NCBI GenBank assembly: GCA_043826455.1
Contig: JBDRQD010000032.1
Location: 1-15,174, forward strand
Length of the DNA: 15,174 nucleotides
Source: Candidatus Bathyarchaeota archaeon
Lineage (GTDB): Archaea > Thermoproteota > Bathyarchaeia > TCS64
Direction: 5' to 3'
How positions within the stretch are numbered: position 1 is the first letter of the stretch; every line of letters starts with the position of its first letter. The notes beneath the pieces are model-generated. The model ran no database searches, had not been told where the DNA came from, and saw only the letters and a list, made by a program, of their open reading frames with translations. Below are positions 13,516 through 15,174 of the stretch, one piece after another. The translations under genes and the position numbers were made by a program.

Positions 13516-15174
13516 GTGGAATTGCCTGAACTTATAGAAATAATTAGTTCAAGGCCATCGAGTCTATTTATTGGAGCTGGTTTCTCGATGGACGCTGGTG
13601 GTCCTGGTGGGCATAGACTTATTCAAGAGTTAAAAGTCAAGTTTGGAGATTTTAATACAAATGATTTATTTGATTATTTAGAAGAAAAAATAGGCATCGA
13701 TTCAGATAGAAGAAAAGAAATTGAAAAATATCTTAAAAAATATTTAGTTAATTTAACTCCAAATGAAAATCAAAAATATTTATTTTCGATCCCGTGGAAG
13801 GCTATATTAACAACAAATTATGATCTAATACCTGATAGGATTTTAACAAGTAATGATGGGAAACGGGATGTATCTTGTGTAATAAGTGAAAATGATAGGA
13901 TAGATATTAGAAGAGAAGATAAATTATATTGTTTTAAACTTTTTGGAGATGTAAATAAAGAATATCCTGAAGAGGGCCATATGATATTAACTAGAAGTGA
14001 TAGAAGACATTCAATATCAAGAATTTATTATTTTTATAAATTATTTAAAGACTTGGCTATATCTGGAAATATGATATATCTAGGATATTCCTTTAATGAT
14101 AATTTAGTATTAGATTTATTAGCAGATTTACAATATTCTTTAAAAAAAATTCCATGGAAAGGTTATGCAATTATTCCGAAACAGCCATCGAGTGATATAT
14201 TAAAGAAATTTGAAAAATATAATATAGAATGGGTAGAAGGAACAGTCGATCAATTTGTAAAGGAATTAGAACAAGTATTCACTAATAAACCAATAAGTTA
14301 TATTATGGAAGACAAAACTATTATTTTAAAAAATAGAGGATTAACTATCAGCAAACAAACTCAAATTAATACAAGATATCAGATTAAATATTTACATAGT
14401 GAATTATTAGAACCAATAGTGGATAATCCAAAATATTTTTTTGAAGGTAAAGATGATTCTTTTTATCCATATGTTAAAAATTGGGATATCGAACGGAAAG
14501 TATTGACTCATAGTTATAAAAGTAAAAATGTACCAAATTATCAGTTAAATTCTAGATTTTTTATACTAAATAGATCTACTAAATTTAATGCTACAGAGAA
14601 TATAAAAATTATATTATTAGGTACAGCGGGATCGGGAAAAACTGTAGTTGCTAAGAGAATAGCTTACGAATGGTATAAAGAAGGTAATCCTGTTATTTTT
14701 ATAGAACCACAAGGATATCAAATAGATAGAAAATCAATTGAAGGTTTTATAGAAGAATTAAATATTAATTATTTAAAAAGGATTGAACTGTTTGGAGATA
14801 AAGAAAATGCTTTAAGAATTTTATTAATTGCTGATAATCAAACCATTCATCTTAAAAATATTATTGACTTTTATCATTATTTATCTTCGAAAGATATTCT
14901 AGTAGATTTACTGGTAGTTGATAGATTTAGTAATTTGCCTTGGAAAAAATTAGATGAGTATGAATTTGATGCAGTATATACTATAAATAATACTTTAGAT
15001 GAATCAGATCAGTTTAAGTTTGTAAATCATTTAAAAAATAATGTAAATTTAGATATATCTGAAGAAGATATTATTAGAAATCTTAAAGATGAAGAAATTA
15101 ATAATAATTTTTTTGCTTTGATGTATTCGACCATTAAAGAAGTAAGAAAACCATTGAAGGATATTATAATAGAT
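13516..15174 (+). CDS. SIR2-like domain + STAND P-loop NTPase (Avs5/AVAST-like defence protein), partial
   Basis: Open for 553 codons from GTG 13516 to the window end. Motifs LFIGAGFS (13564-13587), TTNYD (13810-13824), KLFG (13936-13947), YLGYSFND (14077-14100), Walker A GTAGSGKT (14620-14643) and Walker B LLIADN (14821-14838). Strongly AT-rich. Confidence 0.85.
   Translation, partial: MELPELIEIISSRPSSLFIGAGFSMDAGGPGGHRLIQELKVKFGDFNTNDLFDYLEEKIGIDSDRRKEIEKYLKKYLVNLTPNENQKYLFSIPWKAILTTNYDLIPDRILTSNDGKRDVSCVISENDRIDIRREDKLYCFKLFGDVNKEYPEEGHMILTRSDRRHSISRIYYFYKLFKDLAISGNMIYLGYSFNDNLVLDLLADLQYSLKKIPWKGYAIIPKQPSSDILKKFEKYNIEWVEGTVDQFVKELEQVFTNKPISYIMEDKTIILKNRGLTISKQTQINTRYQIKYLHSELLEPIVDNPKYFFEGKDDSFYPYVKNWDIERKVLTHSYKSKNVPNYQLNSRFFILNRSTKFNATENIKIILLGTAGSGKTVVAKRIAYEWYKEGNPVIFIEPQGYQIDRKSIEGFIEELNINYLKRIELFGDKENALRILLIADNQTIHLKNIIDFYHYLSSKDILVDLLVVDRFSNLPWKKLDEYEFDAVYTINNTLDESDQFKFVNHLKNNVNLDISEEDIIRNLKDEEINNNFFALMYSTIKEVRKPLKDIIID

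Overview
Archaeal DNA, plausibly Bathyarchaeia. This is an inference from the ThiD-ThiN fusion, the KaiC/RAD55 ATPase, the archaeal wHTH, the TATA promoters and the integrase tail types. The window looks like a decayed tandem integration hotspot. Two direct copies of a tRNA(Leu)-like 3' end (2038-2062 and 13024-13048, 23/25 identical) each lie just after a truncated tyrosine-integrase C-terminus and split the window into three compositionally different blocks. The left block is an RHH-like gene, a short DprA and a PRTase (ShosTA/'DprA-PRTase'-like candidate defence operon) with upstream operator-like repeats. The middle block is a GC-rich thiamine operon (thiW, an unknown P-loop protein, thiC, thiDN, tenA) headed by a TPP riboswitch, which is rare in archaea. 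It is followed by a GAF-wHTH regulator, a KaiC-like gene with an in-frame TGA, secreted or small proteins and IS5 remnants. The right block is a probable rolling-circle Rep fragment and a very AT-rich SIR2 + STAND NTPase (Avs5-like) ORF that runs off the window and is missing from the ORF track. All family assignments are from motif recognition by eye, not from database searches.
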